In this document: positions 1 through 13,212 of the stretch, in pieces | Position numbering within the stretch: the first letter of the stretch is position 1 | How the letters are laid out: each line of letters starts with the position of its first letter | Program-made: the position numbers and the translations under genes | DNA from: Octopus sinensis | Lineage: Eukaryota | Direction of reading: 5' to 3' | Assembly (NCBI RefSeq): GCF_006345805.1 | Contig: NW_021832273.1 | Location: forward strand, 99,733-163,732 | Length of the DNA stretch: 64,000 bases | Notes under the pieces: model-generated | Told to the model about the DNA's origin: nothing | The model's input: only the letters and a program-made list of their open reading frames with translations | The model's database searches: none

Positions 1-1651
1 ACACCAAGTTTGTCAGTGATCTTCTTCAGTGTTCGACATCCAAACGCCGTATGCTTCGAGTTTAAGTTTCCGATAAGAAGGCAGTGAGCGATGTTTGAGA
101 AGAAATCGTCAATCAGACTGGTGCATGGCGGAAGATATTTGCAGTATATTCCACCGACCTTTAGCCTGAAAGATTCGGTTTTCACCTCAAGGGGGAGAAA
201 TTCACATAGTGTCCCCTCGATGATAGTGAGGTTACGGACTTGGAGTTTTTCGCAGTAGAAGATGCTCGAGCCAGTCCCAGGCGTAGAGCTGACCGGTAGC
301 CTGGGAGCTGGTAAGAGTCATCTTCCTTGAGCTTCGACTCGTTGACGATAATAATGTCTGGATGGCCGCTGTTCACCATCTCAACGAAGTCGTGATGCCG
401 TCTCTTGATAGATCGGGCATTCACAGCGATTATATTGATAGTGGCTATGTTGCTGAATTGTTCCCTTCTAGAAGGAGCTCTTACAGAATATTCATGTCCA
501 CTCAAAGTTTGGTCAGGGCTCCTACACAACGGCGGAAGAATTCCAGTAGGGCATCTCTGTTGTGTAGGTCATGATCCGAGTGGGGACCTCGTTGTGGCAA
601 AGCTTTGTCATGGCGGGTTTCTGCTTTCTTATGGGGGACAGCCGAGCGGACGACTTGTGTGTTTTGGACCTCGAGCTTGTGAGTGTGCTGGAGACCGGCG
701 ACGTCTGAATATAGACATCGACTTTGGACGGACTTGAGGGAGACCCTTTTGTCCAGACTGATTCTGTGGGATTGGCTTTTACCCAGCGGACTGGGCTTTT
801 GGCTTGTGGGTTCTTCGCAACCCTTGAGGCTGCTGTTGCTGCTTTAGCAGACGGACATCCACCGTAGCATGCCAAGTGCCCAGTGTTCTTGCAGTTAATG
901 CAAGTTTTTGCAGCTGGGACGCTCGGTATCGCCTTCGAACTCGGGCAGTTTTGGTGCCTGTGTTCTTTACCGCAGAGGAGACAACGGAGTTTGGGGGCTT
1001 GTGCCATTCGCAGCGGATATGGCTGAAGCCCGCAATTATTCCAAAACGGATGAGGGTGTTGGCCTCGGCTCTGGAATCCAGCGTGAGTCTGCCGACAGGC
1101 ATGTCGGTTCCATTGGGAGAGAATCTTTCGAACTTGAAGTCCGATTCTAGACTTTCTCTCAGGTGGAGGTTAAGATCCTCTGCCGAGATCCAATGAGGGA
1201 TTCCTTTAAGGACCAAGACTGAGGCTTTCTCAGCTACTGAGGCAAGTTTATGGCCGCCTTCGCCAAACATATTCGATTGAGACAGCTCTGCTTTGAAAGC
1301 AGCAGCATCCTCGGGGGATCGGAATTTTAGGATGAACGTGCCGGACTTCTGCAAAGTTATCCGGGCTTTGGAAGCAGTTGGCGACTTGGATAGGAGGTCT
1401 TGATCCTCTTGATCTTTCCAAGTGCCGGGTTTTCGATACTCAAAGTATATGTGAGGCTTGAGGTGTTAGGCTCAGTTTTCGTCTGATGGGATTGGGTCTC
1501 ACTGTGTTTTTGAGGCACAGTGAGACTTCGGAGGTTCTGTGGGATCTTCAGCTTTGATGGGTTCGCAAAAAGGCTGTGGCTTTATCGCTGTTCGTTTTTG
1601 AACTTTGGAGCAAGCTTTAACTGATGAGAGATTTTGATTTTTCTTGACCAT
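1..1651 (-). mobile_element. Family B LINE copy (ORF1 plus start of ORF2 AP-endonuclease), degenerate with internal deletions; continues off the window edge
   Basis: Closely similar to ORF1 at 20440-21732 and to ORF2 start at 28620-29100 (IIAVNARSIKRRH, IIIVNESK); first zinc knuckle deleted; preceded on the minus strand by (TTGA)n. Confidence 0.9.
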
Positions 1652-2330
1652 GAACAATCAATCAATCAAATGATTTTTTTTCAAATGAAACAAATAACTA
1701 TAAGAACAGCCATTAATAACATGAACAAAGTTGAGAAAAATGTAATATGTTGCTGGATTTTCAGAAAGATTTTTATGATTTGGAAAAAAAATTTATACGC
1801 AATTTAAAATTAAAAAATTACTCATTATTTTAAACAATTTTTGTTTTCCGTTAAATTCCAAGGTTTATAATCAACAGAGTATAGTTATGTACACAAAAAT
1901 AGTAAATTTTTATACGATTTTTGAAGCAACCTCTGTTTTTGAACGATTAATGTTCCAAACGAAGATTAGACTGTGACAATAAATTTTTACAATAATGTCT
2001 TGCAATTCATTCTTTTTAAAATTCCCTCTAGTCAAACAAAATTGGAAATAACTGTTGATGGCAGTAACGCTCTCCTCAATCAATTCTGTCCATTACTCTG
2101 TACGTCCATTCGTACTCCCGCACTTGTTTCAGTTTGTTGCGGACATGATTCAGGAGAGCCTCTCTATACTGCACATAACCAAGTTTCTTATATTCCAGAA
2201 AGTCCTTTAAATTCATTATTTTCGAATCACCCTATATGTAGAGCAGTTTATAGAATTAATTTATAAAAGTAAAATTGCCACAACCATTAACTGAAAGATA
2301 AAATATTTAATCAAGACGGAAAATAGGAAG

Positions 2331-2890
2331 ATGGGGACGAAAACTATTGATGTCACGTTGAACGGAATTCCAATACCACAAAAGAAAACACAGAAGATAT
2401 TGGGAGTAACGCTCGATACTTTCCTCTGTTTTTCACCTCAAGTAGAATCGAGGGTTTCAACCTGTATAAAGAAGATCAATTTTGTAAAAGCCTTCCTTTG
2501 GAACTGTGGGAGAACTTATCCGCCAGGGGTAGAGACCCTTTACAAGCAGTATATCGAGCCAACAATAGGGTATGCATGTGCTGCTTGGGGCTGTAACCTG
2601 GCGGCAACGAACCGGCTAAAAATAGAAAAAATTCAAGAAAGATCTATCAACCTACTGAAGGACCATATCGATAGGGAAATTGTCCATAGAACACTGGAGT
2701 CTCTCGTAGAGGCAAATGGGGGGATCGTGGAAATGGACCACAAACCATTCACCGTACATACAGAAAGTGTGTGGGGTCACGGTCGGAACATCGTGAAAAG
2801 ATGGTTCGACTGTTGAGAAGTGTCGGAATCACCTGAACGTGTTGGTTAATGGTTAAGACGGTGATTTTGTTTGGCTTAAATAATAATAAT
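2331..2890 (+). mobile_element. 5'-truncated LINE 3' fragment (post-RT domain) ending in (TAA)n
   Basis: ORF 2331-2816 KILGVTLD...LYKQYIEPTIGYACAAW resembles the LINE ORF2 C-terminus; TAATAATAAT at ~2881-2890. Confidence 0.65.
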
Positions 2891-3949
2891 TCACAGTTAA
2901 GACATAATCAATAAAATCCAAAGTATCCGCCAACACGGAAAAGATTCCCATGGAATCATTATGGTAGGATTTTCAACAGTCACGTCGGCCTCTGAATATT
3001 AGTATTATTAGCAAATACAGGTTTCGAAACTTATGCTGTTAAGGTAGCCAAAATAATTCTCAACTTAGGCACACTAAAAATACAAAAATATCCTTTTCGT
3101 CGTGCAAATCGACGCAACTTGTATTCTTTCACTAAAAAGACATAGAACAAATCATGGTCTCCCTTCCCACCAGTATTTGATTTCAAATTGTTCCTTAATA
3201 CAATGAAGAATCTTTCCACCGAGCTTTATCACTAACAAGCATCCTAAGAGTCATCCTTACTCTTAGCTGCTGTCGAGTAGATATAATATCTAAAAAATGC
3301 AAAGCAGGGGCACGCTAAAGAGAACTCCCAAAAATCAGTCCTCAAAGTAGAAAGTAAAGATTAAAAATCGGCAGTTCTGGATTAGGCTGATCGATTCTGC
3401 ACACACCCAAATCCACCAACAACTGGACAACCCAGGACGAGGAGGGACGTCGAAGTTGTTCAGAGACACGCAGGAAAATGTTCTGAAAAGACCGAGAAGA
3501 GTCTTGAAATAGCAATAAATAAATACTTGGATTGTGTCAGAACACGACATTGTTCCCTCGTGCTCACTGCCCTTCTCATTTATTAAATTGGTCTATCGGT
3601 TGAAAAGAAGGGATACTATCGACAATATCAACGTGGAATATAGTTCTTCCTGATCGGCCAACTCTTTCTTAGCAATTTCTATTTTGCTGTCGAAGGATGA
3701 TTCATTGAGGGAGTTGTAGAGTGACTCAAACCTCAAATGGTCGTCGGCATGTCAAAATTAATATTAAAATATTATTACATTTTATATTCAGAATTTAAAA
3801 TATTTATGAGATCCTGTTTTTGTTTAATGTGAAAATTCAGTTGATTGTTGGTCTGTGTATCATCATCTACATCCGACATAACCCGATCTTATTAACAAAT
3901 TTAAATACCTAAAAAATATACCATTATTTTATTACTTTTAAAGCATTTA

Positions 3950-4919
3950 ACAGTGCTTGCACGGTGTTAGTCGCTCTGGATATCGAAAATGCATTCGATT
4001 CAGTACCGAGGAAAACTTCAACATCAAAAATTTTCTCCACTGGGATCCATCCGAAGATCAAGATATGGCTGGCAAACTTCCTTAATAGCAGAAGTGGACA
4101 GGTTATAATGAATAACCGAAAATCAAAACAACGATATCTCCCAAACGGGGTCCCACAAGGATTCTCCTTATAACCAATTATTTACAAGAGATCTCCCAAA
4201 TCCAAACGACGAAGATACAATCCTTTTATCATACGCTGACAATCTAATTATTGCAGCAAAACATCAAGATTACAAAGAAGCCACGCGGAAAGTTCAGGAG
4301 ACGATTAATTGTATGAAGCCATGGTTTCTCAAAAACCGAATAAGATATCACCTGGGAAATCAAGCACTACGATTATCTCTTCATACAGGAAACATACAGA
4401 ACTGGACATACAAATAACTTGGGATGGACAACTAATCCCAGTTAAAAGGAACCCTTCAATCCTTTGAGTTACATTCGATCCATTAATGACGTTCAAAAAT
4501 CAAGTGGAGTCACTGGTTTCACGAATCCAAAGAAGATCGGAATTCTCAAAGCTTTTGCCAGATCTCCAATATCTTCTATTCCTCATTTTGAGTTATTATA
4601 CAAACAATATATACTGCCTACAATTGAACACGCATGTGCGTCATGGATTATGCCACTGTCAATACGCGCACAAAACAAACTGGAAGTCGTACAGAACCAG
4701 TGCTTACGGATTTTACTGAAACGTGGTAAAATGAAGCTGACTTTGGAATTGAGAAATACACTCAACGTCAAAAAACTAATGGACCATCTTACAGAAAGAC
4801 AGGACATCTTCTTAATGATGGCAAGATCTACCGGAGGTCCCTTTGAAGAGGAGTATCTTGCCTCCTTTGTCAAGATAATGCGGAGATCAACGTCCCATCA
4901 TTTTGTGCCAAACGCGTAA
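3950..4919 (+). mobile_element. Degenerate LINE reverse-transcriptase fragment
   Basis: ALDIENAFDSV, GVPQG, YADN-like motif and LYKQYILPTIEHACASW, broken by stops and frameshifts. Confidence 0.75.
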
Positions 4920-6184
4920 AGTCGAATGCGTTTCAATTTGAAGCAAAAAATAATCAGGAGTCGGTTAATTTTATTCATCTTGACAAAAGTCGTCTCAACT
5001 TATTTTATCGCTTAGATGTCCGAAAGCAGCCTCGGACGATGGACTCACTCGATGAAATATTGGGCGAGACTATACGGCCTCATAAATAATTTGAATTATT
5101 GTGACTTGTTGAGAAACTCTTCGGTGTTTAGGGTCGAGAGAATAAGACATAACTATGAAGATATTATTTACACTTGTAATTTTGCGTTGGTGAAACAAAC
5201 ACATACAAATAGATCTCAATAAATTACCGCAATGAAATTTATTAATTTTAAATATTAAAGATCTTGGGGAAACCCCGGTTGGGATTTGCTTTACTAGAAA
5301 ATCAGTCTAGTGAAGTTTCAATGGTTTACCTATTCCTCTCGCTGAACGTTTGGTCGTAGATTAAATACATTTAGACTAAATACATTTGTAAACATTTTTA
5401 AATAAATCATTATTCATATCTTTAAGTAGCATATATTTTTATCAACCTTGGATATTTGTTATTTCGTTGAATCTATTTGATCATAGATATGGATATTTTC
5501 GATTATTAGGATTTTCATAAATATCGTGTCTCAGTAGGACATTGTCTCCTACGACTAAATCTTCATATACACTTTGTTGATTCAAACAATCGTCGTTGTT
5601 TTCGAAATAGTTATTTCTGATTGACTTAATTCCTCCGTTTCATTTCCTTTGGAGAATAATAACGCTGATTCCGGAATTTGATTATTTCCTCATATGTTCA
5701 ATCTAAAATAATTATGTAACAATCACTTCGATAGTTTGCAGTTTAAAATGCGTAATCACTAGGGCAACCAATTGCAATTTTTTGCAATTAAATATAATTT
5801 AATTAAAATTCGATAAATAATAAAGTAATGAATAGACATTAATTTTAATTATATTTTTATTCGATTTAAATTTGCAATTTTTTGCAATTTTTTGTAGTCA
5901 TTTTACAATTTTTTGCAATTTTTTTAAATTAAAAAAAAAATTTTTTTATTAAAAAATAATATAATTATAAGTAAAAGATTATTAAAACGTGTTTTAGTTG
6001 TTTGTTGTAATGGGTAAAAGGACAGTGTCACAGAAAATTTCATTTTATGCAAAGAAATTCCCCGAGTTTGTTATTGACAGTGAAGGGAATTTATTTTGCT
6101 CCAATTGCTCAACTGTTGTACGGTGTGACACAAAATTTTTTGTTGATGCGCACCGTTCTTCAAAAAAACATTTAAAAGCACACA

Positions 6185-6210
6185 GTATTTCTTTGAATTT
6201 AAATTTATAG
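6185..6210 (+). other. 26-nt GT-AG intron in the hAT transposase
   Basis: Removing GTATTTCTTTGAATTTAAATTTATAG joins KAH to KWTNS...ANIPIYKIRH in frame. Confidence 0.75.
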
Positions 6211-6625
6211 AATGGACAAATTCATCTCAGAGTTCACAAACATTTCTTTCGGCGATAACGGATACTCGAAAGGATTGGGGGATCAAAGTAACACAAGCGT
6301 TTTTGGAGGCAAACATACCAATTTATAAAATCAGACATCCTTCCCTCATACGGCTTTTTGAGCAGGAAACATATCCTTTGCCATCTGAATCATCTTGCAG
6401 GTTAAATGTTAAAGAAATATCAAAATATAAAATTAATACCATTCAGACTCATTTACTGTTGTTTTTTTAAGTTATTCAATGTTTTCACGAATCGGAAATC
6501 CACCCGAAGTTGTGGTTACAAGATGGGGAAGCTGGCTAAAAGCAGCAAAATATTACTCCCAGAATCTTCCAGAAATTATTAAAATCGTATCTGAATTTGA
6601 AGGAGATGGAGTTTTAATACAAAAT

Positions 6626-6648
6626 GTTTTAGTTTTTAATTATTTTAG
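6626..6648 (+). other. 23-nt GT-AG intron in the hAT transposase
   Basis: Removal joins ORFs 6479 and 6661 as IQNAKKSVNNP, matching VMNAKNAVSS in the second hAT. Confidence 0.8.
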
Positions 6649-7639
6649 GCAAAAAAATCAGTGAATAATCCTACGTTGTTTCCAAGCTTAACCCAAATCA
6701 GTTCAAATTATTTGGGATTAATTGAAATGATTTCAAATACTGAATTGCTTGATTACTCCATTGCAACAGCTTATGGTGATCTAAACACCCTAGACTTTAC
6801 ATCAGATCCATGCGACATAAAATCCTATATATCAAAAAAGCTTGAGAAATCAGGAATACTAAGTATTCTTGAATTCTCAAATAAGAATCTATCGCCAGAA
6901 GTTTATTCACATCTCAGAAAATGTAGCGCAAGTTCAGCATCTATCGAAAGGGCAATATCTCTTTTGACGAAAATTCTTAGTAAAGAGAGGAACTTTAAAC
7001 CTGAAAATGTTCAGGAATATTTGATTTCCTATTACAATAAATAATTTCGTTAATTTTTTGCATAATGTAATGTTTACAATTAAAAAAAATTATTTTTGCA
7101 ATTTTTTACAATTTTTAAAATTCATTTTTGCAATTTTTTTTATTAAAAAGTGCAATTTTTTGGTTGCCCTAGTAATCACTGGTTTTGTATTTTATGTATA
7201 TTATCCCTTAGTCTTTAAAAATTAACTGTTCTGATAATTTTTTGTATCTTTTTTAGATTTCTCTAATTGGTTCATAAAAATAAATCTAATTGAACTTTTT
7301 TGATTATCCCAAGTTCATTTTTAGTAAGTTTAAGCAAAACCATTCCTGAAATATATATTTGATCAATAATACTTATTATTTTTTCAAATAGGAAAACTTA
7401 GATAACCAAAACAATTTTGCACACTGGATTAATTCAAAAAAGACTTTGATAAATTACCAAAATAATTAAGAGCACTCAAAAATTTCTACAATATGCACAA
7501 CTTTGCCAGTACCTGTCATTACTTTGAAAGGAAAGAGTCGGGCTTGCCCATCTAAATCATATGCGAATAGCAAAAGTTACAAATAGATGGAAAAAATTAT
7601 TTAAAGTTTAAAGCACAAATGATTTATAGATTGTAAAGA

Positions 7640-10600
7640 TTGTTTCCTGGGTTCTTGTGGGGCAAAATTTATCCCGAAAGGAACTGGAAAAAGAAGAAAG
7701 AAAAAAGAGCCATCGAACAAATAGAGTGCGTAGAAACAGTCTCCAAGATGCAAGAACACAACACTACGCACATTATCCCTGTGAGAGTTGGTCTGGTGTG
7801 TTCTTCGTGCGGTTGTGGCAATGCACGCAAGTACGGGCTTTTCTGCTCGATTTGCGGGAACTTTTTCCACCTCGGATGTGTAAGGATGTCCCGGCAGGCT
7901 GCATCCTCACTCAGTTTATGGAACTGCAATGTATGTATGGGCTTTGACCGGAAGACCCAGGCGAAAATATCGAATGAACCTGTCGTCTCTAGCGAGCCGT
8001 TGGATTTCGACAATACGGATTCTCTCCTGCTTTTCTTGTCTGAGCAAAGGAAGGCCAACAAGATTCCACTTAAGATCCCGAGACCCGTCCGGATCCCTGC
8101 AGCTATATGCCTGGCTTCCGCTATTGACGATGCACTCACGTCCAACGACCAAGAGGCCTGGCTCAAACTCTTCGGTTTCGCCCCGCTTGCACTTGGCATA
8201 CCTTACACTGAGTCAAAGGAGCCACATCGGAACACTAGAGAAAGTTCCATGAATGGAAACTCACTTTCCTCAAAAATGAAGAAAAATATCCACGATTTCC
8301 AATCACGATCTATTAACAAAACGGAATTTTCAAAAGCAAAACATCCGGACGCCGATCATACGCTCTTTCGGAATTGCCCAGATACACTCGGAGAGAGAGT
8401 AAATCGTAAACTTCTTGAAGGAGACGTCCGAGCGGCGTTGCGGGTCGTTTCCAGCGACGATAACGTCCTGGCTCCAACACCTGAAGTCCTCGAGCAGATC
8501 AGACGAAAACATCCATGTCCGCCGGAAGATTACCGCCTATTCGTGCTCCCGGGAGATATGCCAAGGACAACTATTACTGAAGGCGAAGTGCGCGCAGCAT
8601 TTCGTCGTTCGCGGCGAGCAGCAGTGGAGGTCTCGATGGCTTGCGACCAGGTCACATCAAGGATCTCACGGCTGGGGCTACTGCGGAGGCAGGCCGCAAC
8701 CTTGTCAAATCAATCACAAGACTGGTTATGCGTATTTTGAACGGGGATGATCTGGACGCAAGGGAGCTTCTTTTCAGCGCACATCTACTTGGCTTCAAAA
8801 AACCCGAAGGTGGGGCCCGCACTATCGCGGTCGGGAACTACTTCAGAAGGCTAACAGCTAAAATTGCATGCAGTCTTGTCTGTCCGAGAATATCTGAAGA
8901 ATTCTCCCCCTTCCAACTCGGAGTTGGGGTAAAGAACGGATGTGAGGCGGCGGTGCATGCCGCAAGGTGCTTTTTCACACAGAAAAACGAACAAAATCCA
9001 AAAATGGGAGTCAAGCTTGACATCTGCAATGCCTTTAATTCACTGCGGAGGGATCAAATTTTCGAGACTGTAAGCAAACGAGCCCCGGAACTCATTCCAC
9101 TCGTCTACCTGGCCTACGGAACCAAGTCTTCACTCGTCTTTGCGGACAAGATTATCTATTCGGAGACTGGAGTCCAGCAAGGGGACCCGCTTGGTCCACT
9201 TCTCTTTGCGTTGGCAATCGACGAAACTGTACGTTCCATCAGCGCGGAACTAAACCTCTGGTATCTTGATGATGCCACGATTGGAGGGCCGTGGGGAAAA
9301 GTTTTTGACGTTCTGTCACAAGCCGTGCCTGTACTACGAAAACTCGGACTTGATATAAATATAAAGAAATCGGAGCTGATAAATATCACATACTCGGAAA
9401 GTGATTTTATCAACGTGGTCAAGTCTTTCAAATCGATATTACCTGGGATTACTGTCTTACCTCGGGAGAGGGCATACTTTCTTGGGTGCCCACTTGGCGA
9501 AAAGGAACTGCGGTGCCATCTGCTGGAAAAAAACAAGGGTCTTTCTAGAGTTACAGAGAAACTTTCCTTACTCAATGCTCATACTGCATTCTTCCTTTTG
9601 AAAAATAGCATTGGCTTGCCTAAACTCCAATACGCTCTCCGTTGTTCTCCCTGCTTGGAACATCGAGACATTCTACAGACACTGGATAGGACTTTGAGAA
9701 GTTCAGCTGAATCGCTCTTGAACATCCACTTTGACGAACCTGGTTGGAATCAATGCAAGCTTCCTACACGCATCGGAGGAACGGGTCTCAGGTCGGCGCT
9801 GGATTTCGCATTCCCGGCATATCTGTCATCGCTTTCAAGCTGCAGTCATCTCGTCCAGGAAATCCTACGTAACACTACTGGACTCTCCTTGGACACAGTA
9901 TTTGACAAGGTTTGCTTGCAATGGAAGGAAGCCGGACTTTCAATCCCAGATGATGTCTCGAGACAGAATTGTTGGGACGCAATATCATGCAAGGCTGTCG
10001 TTGATGACCTGAAGCGGGAGTTGAACCAACACCGGCTCGTCTGTTTGCTATCCGGGGCACAGCACGGGAGTGGTGCATGGCTCCACGCATTTCGATGCAG
10101 TTCATTCGGTACGCTTATGGACGACGATTGTGTGAGAATCGGTGTTGCACAACGCTTGGGTCTTGACGTCTGTCAGGAACACAGATGCCGGTGTGGAGGA
10201 ATAGTCGATTCCAAAGGACTACACCCTTTGTCTTGCAAGAGGAGTGCAGGTCGCGCTCCCCGCCATGCCGCACTCAACGACATAATACGACGGGCCCTCG
10301 AGAGCGCAGGATTTCCAGCACACCTGGAACCCATCGGGCTTGACCGGGGAGATGGCAGAAGGCCCGATGGGATAACTCTTTTCCCGTACTCCCAGGGAAA
10401 ATCACTCGCATGGGATGCGACGTGCGTAGGCACGTTCTCCCAGTCCATGATTCTTCGGAATATTCATTCGCCCGGTTGGGCTGCTAATGCAGCAGAAAAG
10501 GCGAAGATATCTAAGTATTTGGAGATCGGAAAACTTTTCCGTTTTGTCCCAATCTCGATAGAGACGTCTGGTGTAGTGGGATCCAAAACCGCGGAATTTC

Positions 10601-10728
10601 TCAAGGAAATTGGGGCGATGCTGGCTAAACGAAGGAGGGACAGTCGCGAGGGGTATTGGCTTCGCCAACGTATCGGAATTGCAGTTCTTCGTGGCAACAC
10701 GCACGCGATACTGGCTGCCGGGTTGTAA
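7640..10728 (+). mobile_element. CRE-like non-LTR retrotransposon, single ORF (N-terminal PHD-like finger, RT, CCHC, restriction-like endonuclease) with one frameshift near 8605
   Basis: CSSCGC...CSICGNFFHLGC...WNCNVC; QQGDPLGP and YLDD; CRCG...HPLSC; RHAALNDI, RPDG, DATC RLE motifs. Confidence 0.88.
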
Positions 10729-11065
10729 ACTACGAAACAAAGTTAAAGATTGCTAAATTTTTTTTTTTTAATTCGAAAAACTAACGTGATTGTAAAGAGT
10801 AATTTCTTTTACTCAACCATAGTTCTCAATAAGTTTACAAGTAAGATCAATAAAGATAAGTGTAGATTAAACAAATATTTATGCACGCTACACTCATATC
10901 ATGTAACGGTAGGAGCCTAGCTAGTACTCAGACAGAAATTTCTTTATTAATTATACCGAATTTTTGAATAGTTGATTATAATATTATACTTTTAATTAAT
11001 TTATTAAACAAATTTAAATCTCGATCTATTGTTTTAACACTAGTTCGATGTGCAAAATATCTAAC

Positions 11066-11655
11066 ATGGGAGATTTACCAGATATAATTAATTTTGCAAA
11101 TTGTAACCTCATTTAATCATAATTTTCTAGCTGGGCCTCAACAGGAAATCGGTCCACCTATTCGGATGACACGACGCCGCAACAAAAAACAACCAAAAAT
11201 AATAACAAAGCATTTTACCAGCAAAGTAAAGAATGATCTCAAATTTGGTCGTCAAGACATCCCACGTCAGGTAACCACAACTACCTTTAAACAGATGTTC
11301 TGGCAAAAAAGATTACAAAACTACTTTCCGTCCGATGAGCAATTTGGTCAAAAAATTAAATCCTGTCTTCCCGATGCGTTTGTTTGCACAGACTCAGGTC
11401 CCTCAGTCATGACATTGGCAGTGAGTGGAGCTCTCCAGAGTGTGGTGCACTGCCTTCACGAGGAACGTCACCATTTGGTTGGTCAACGGAATAATGGCGG
11501 AGATCTCTACGTCGATCCTGATCAGCCTTTGATTGCTGTTTGTGGGTTGAGTGAGGTCATAGAACTTTAATGTGACTGACGAGGACGTGGATGCTCAGCT
11601 CGAATATGTCAACTCCATCAGAGGAAAACTTGCTGGGTTTACACACAATTCGTGA
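11066..11655 (+). CDS. MBD2/3: MBD2/3-like NuRD subunit (C-terminal region only); introns 11103-11130, 11271-11294, 11538-11562 and possibly 11421-11438
   Basis: Spliced product PIRMT...KVKND...PRQMFWQKRLQ...QPLIANFNVTDEDV...IRGKL aligns to recalled MBD2 PIRQT...KVKSD...PRQLFWEKRLQ...QPLCKAFIVTDEDI...VRKKL; an in-frame upstream ATG at 11048 is an alternative start. Confidence 0.85.
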
Positions 11656-13212
11656 TGAAACTACTTTTTTGACAGTTCTCATTTTAGTGCGCTTTTGAGG
11701 CGATAATAGTGAGATATTAGAGAATTCTTTTTTGTTTGGATTTTGGTAGGTTTGAAGAATTTCCTTTTGACATTGGTGATTTACTTTTTTATCAATGTAG
11801 CCACGACTGTTTTTCTTATTTTTACCCACGTAAGTAACAGCCAGTCATTTTGGGTGATTTGAGAGTTGATTTTGTGAAAAGCAAACGGTGGGTCTGGCGG
11901 GCGACGTTTGATGGGATACGCAGTTTTTCAATTACATAAAAATGGAGCTTTTGAAAATTTATAAAATTCTTTGTAAATATAGATTTGCCAGGGAAGTTTA
12001 AATAGCAATGTTTTTCTAAATTCAGACCGTCTGAACGGGCTAAGAAGAGAAAGAGTGAGAAATACGCTGGAACTGGGAACGGCAGAGTGTTTGTCCCCCA
12101 GGCTGTTAAGACGTCAGGAATACAGGGGCCTTCTATTTGGAGCCTACTCCTGCGAATTGGCTCACTAATCGAAAGGGTTACCGGCGACCCGTGTGAGGAC
12201 CGGTATTTGACCGAACGAATAGGCATAGTCAGAGGGAATACTCTGGGTATCTGCTAATGACCAGTTTTCTCTTGTCCTTTTATTCATAAAATTAAAATAA
12301 AAAATTCAGACGTTGTTTTTGAAATCAAAATATCACATTTGTAGTTGAATGCATATATCATTTGTCGAGTTTTAGAACCTTCATGTAAAGTGACTAAATA
12401 ATACTTATTTTGTTGTAGTCACCACTAGATTGTGTTGAACGACTAAAAATTTACTTTGCTAATTAAATATTTATGTGGAATGCCTTTAAAACACCCAATT
12501 ATGACAGCTTGTGTCTGCTAGTCGCCCTTTGTGCAATTCTATCGTTGCATATGTAAATCTTAACATTACTTACAAATCGTGATAAATGTACTTTTTCGTG
12601 AAAAATTCTGACTTTTTGTACTTTTACGAACTCAAATATTTAAAAAGAAGTCTTTTTGAAGGGGACTTGTATCGGTTTCTTTCAGGAGTGAACTGATACT
12701 CTTTTAGTCCTTGAAAAGTTTTAAAAGACAGTCAGCAGTATGCTTATGGAAGTCGGAAATCCTGCAAGTGATAAAAATACTGCACTTGGCTATAATTGCA
12801 GGTTTTTTTCCCTCGAAGTATACAATTCTCGAGAATATGGATTTTGAGTATATCAAAGATATTCAAAGAAAATGAATTATTCACACACAAGAAATAAGAA
12901 CAGTTAATAGAGCCTCTTGGTTTCTCTCTCGCACTCCATGAGAGCAATCACGTCTCCCACACGCACAGGGCCCTTGACATTCCTGATTATACTGCGGTGG
13001 GCAGTGTTCATCAGGGTGACTCGCACTTGAGTGCACTGACCCTGCGAGCCTACTCTTCCCAGTACTTTGGTCACCTTCTATATTACTTAGTCGTCACCTG
13101 TCCTAATGCAGCAGGGGCATCCATCACAACAATACTTAACGTGACTATATTTATTACAAATATTTAATAATGAGAAAATATAAACAAATAATAGAAAAAG
13201 AATAAAGTAAGA

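Larger units (their letters stand above)
5760..7171 (+). mobile_element. hAT DNA transposon (CGGBP1-like transposase type), internally deleted, 1.4 kb
   Basis: TIRs TAGGGCAACCA/TGGTTGCCCTA; 8-bp TSD GTAATCAC (5752-5759, 7172-7179); subterminal TTGCAATTTTT repeats; motifs LFCSNC, ANIPIYKIR, TRWGSWL, SASIER. Confidence 0.92.

Noticed and set aside
3301-3320. Minus-strand similarity to U6 (TTAGCGTGCCCCTGC)
   Set aside because: No ACAGAGA box or other U6 sequence nearby
3335-3560. Possible integrase zinc-finger-like peptide (SAHTQIH...PGRGGT) on the + strand
   Set aside because: Too short and broken; no other LTR-element features
7629-10798. GATTGTAAAGA at 7629 and 10788 as the CRE TSD
   Set aside because: AT-rich 11-mer; an AATAAA at ~10849 lies outside it, so element ends remain undefined
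10843-10868. U2-like AAGATCAA...AAGTGTAG after the CRE element (Utopia-type target)
   Set aside because: The match is interrupted and no U2 5' sequence lies upstream of the element
11700-13170. GC-richer patches and short open frames (e.g. 11822-12226 minus, ~12950-13170 plus) as host genes
   Set aside because: No recognisable homology and no consistent splice model could be built by eye
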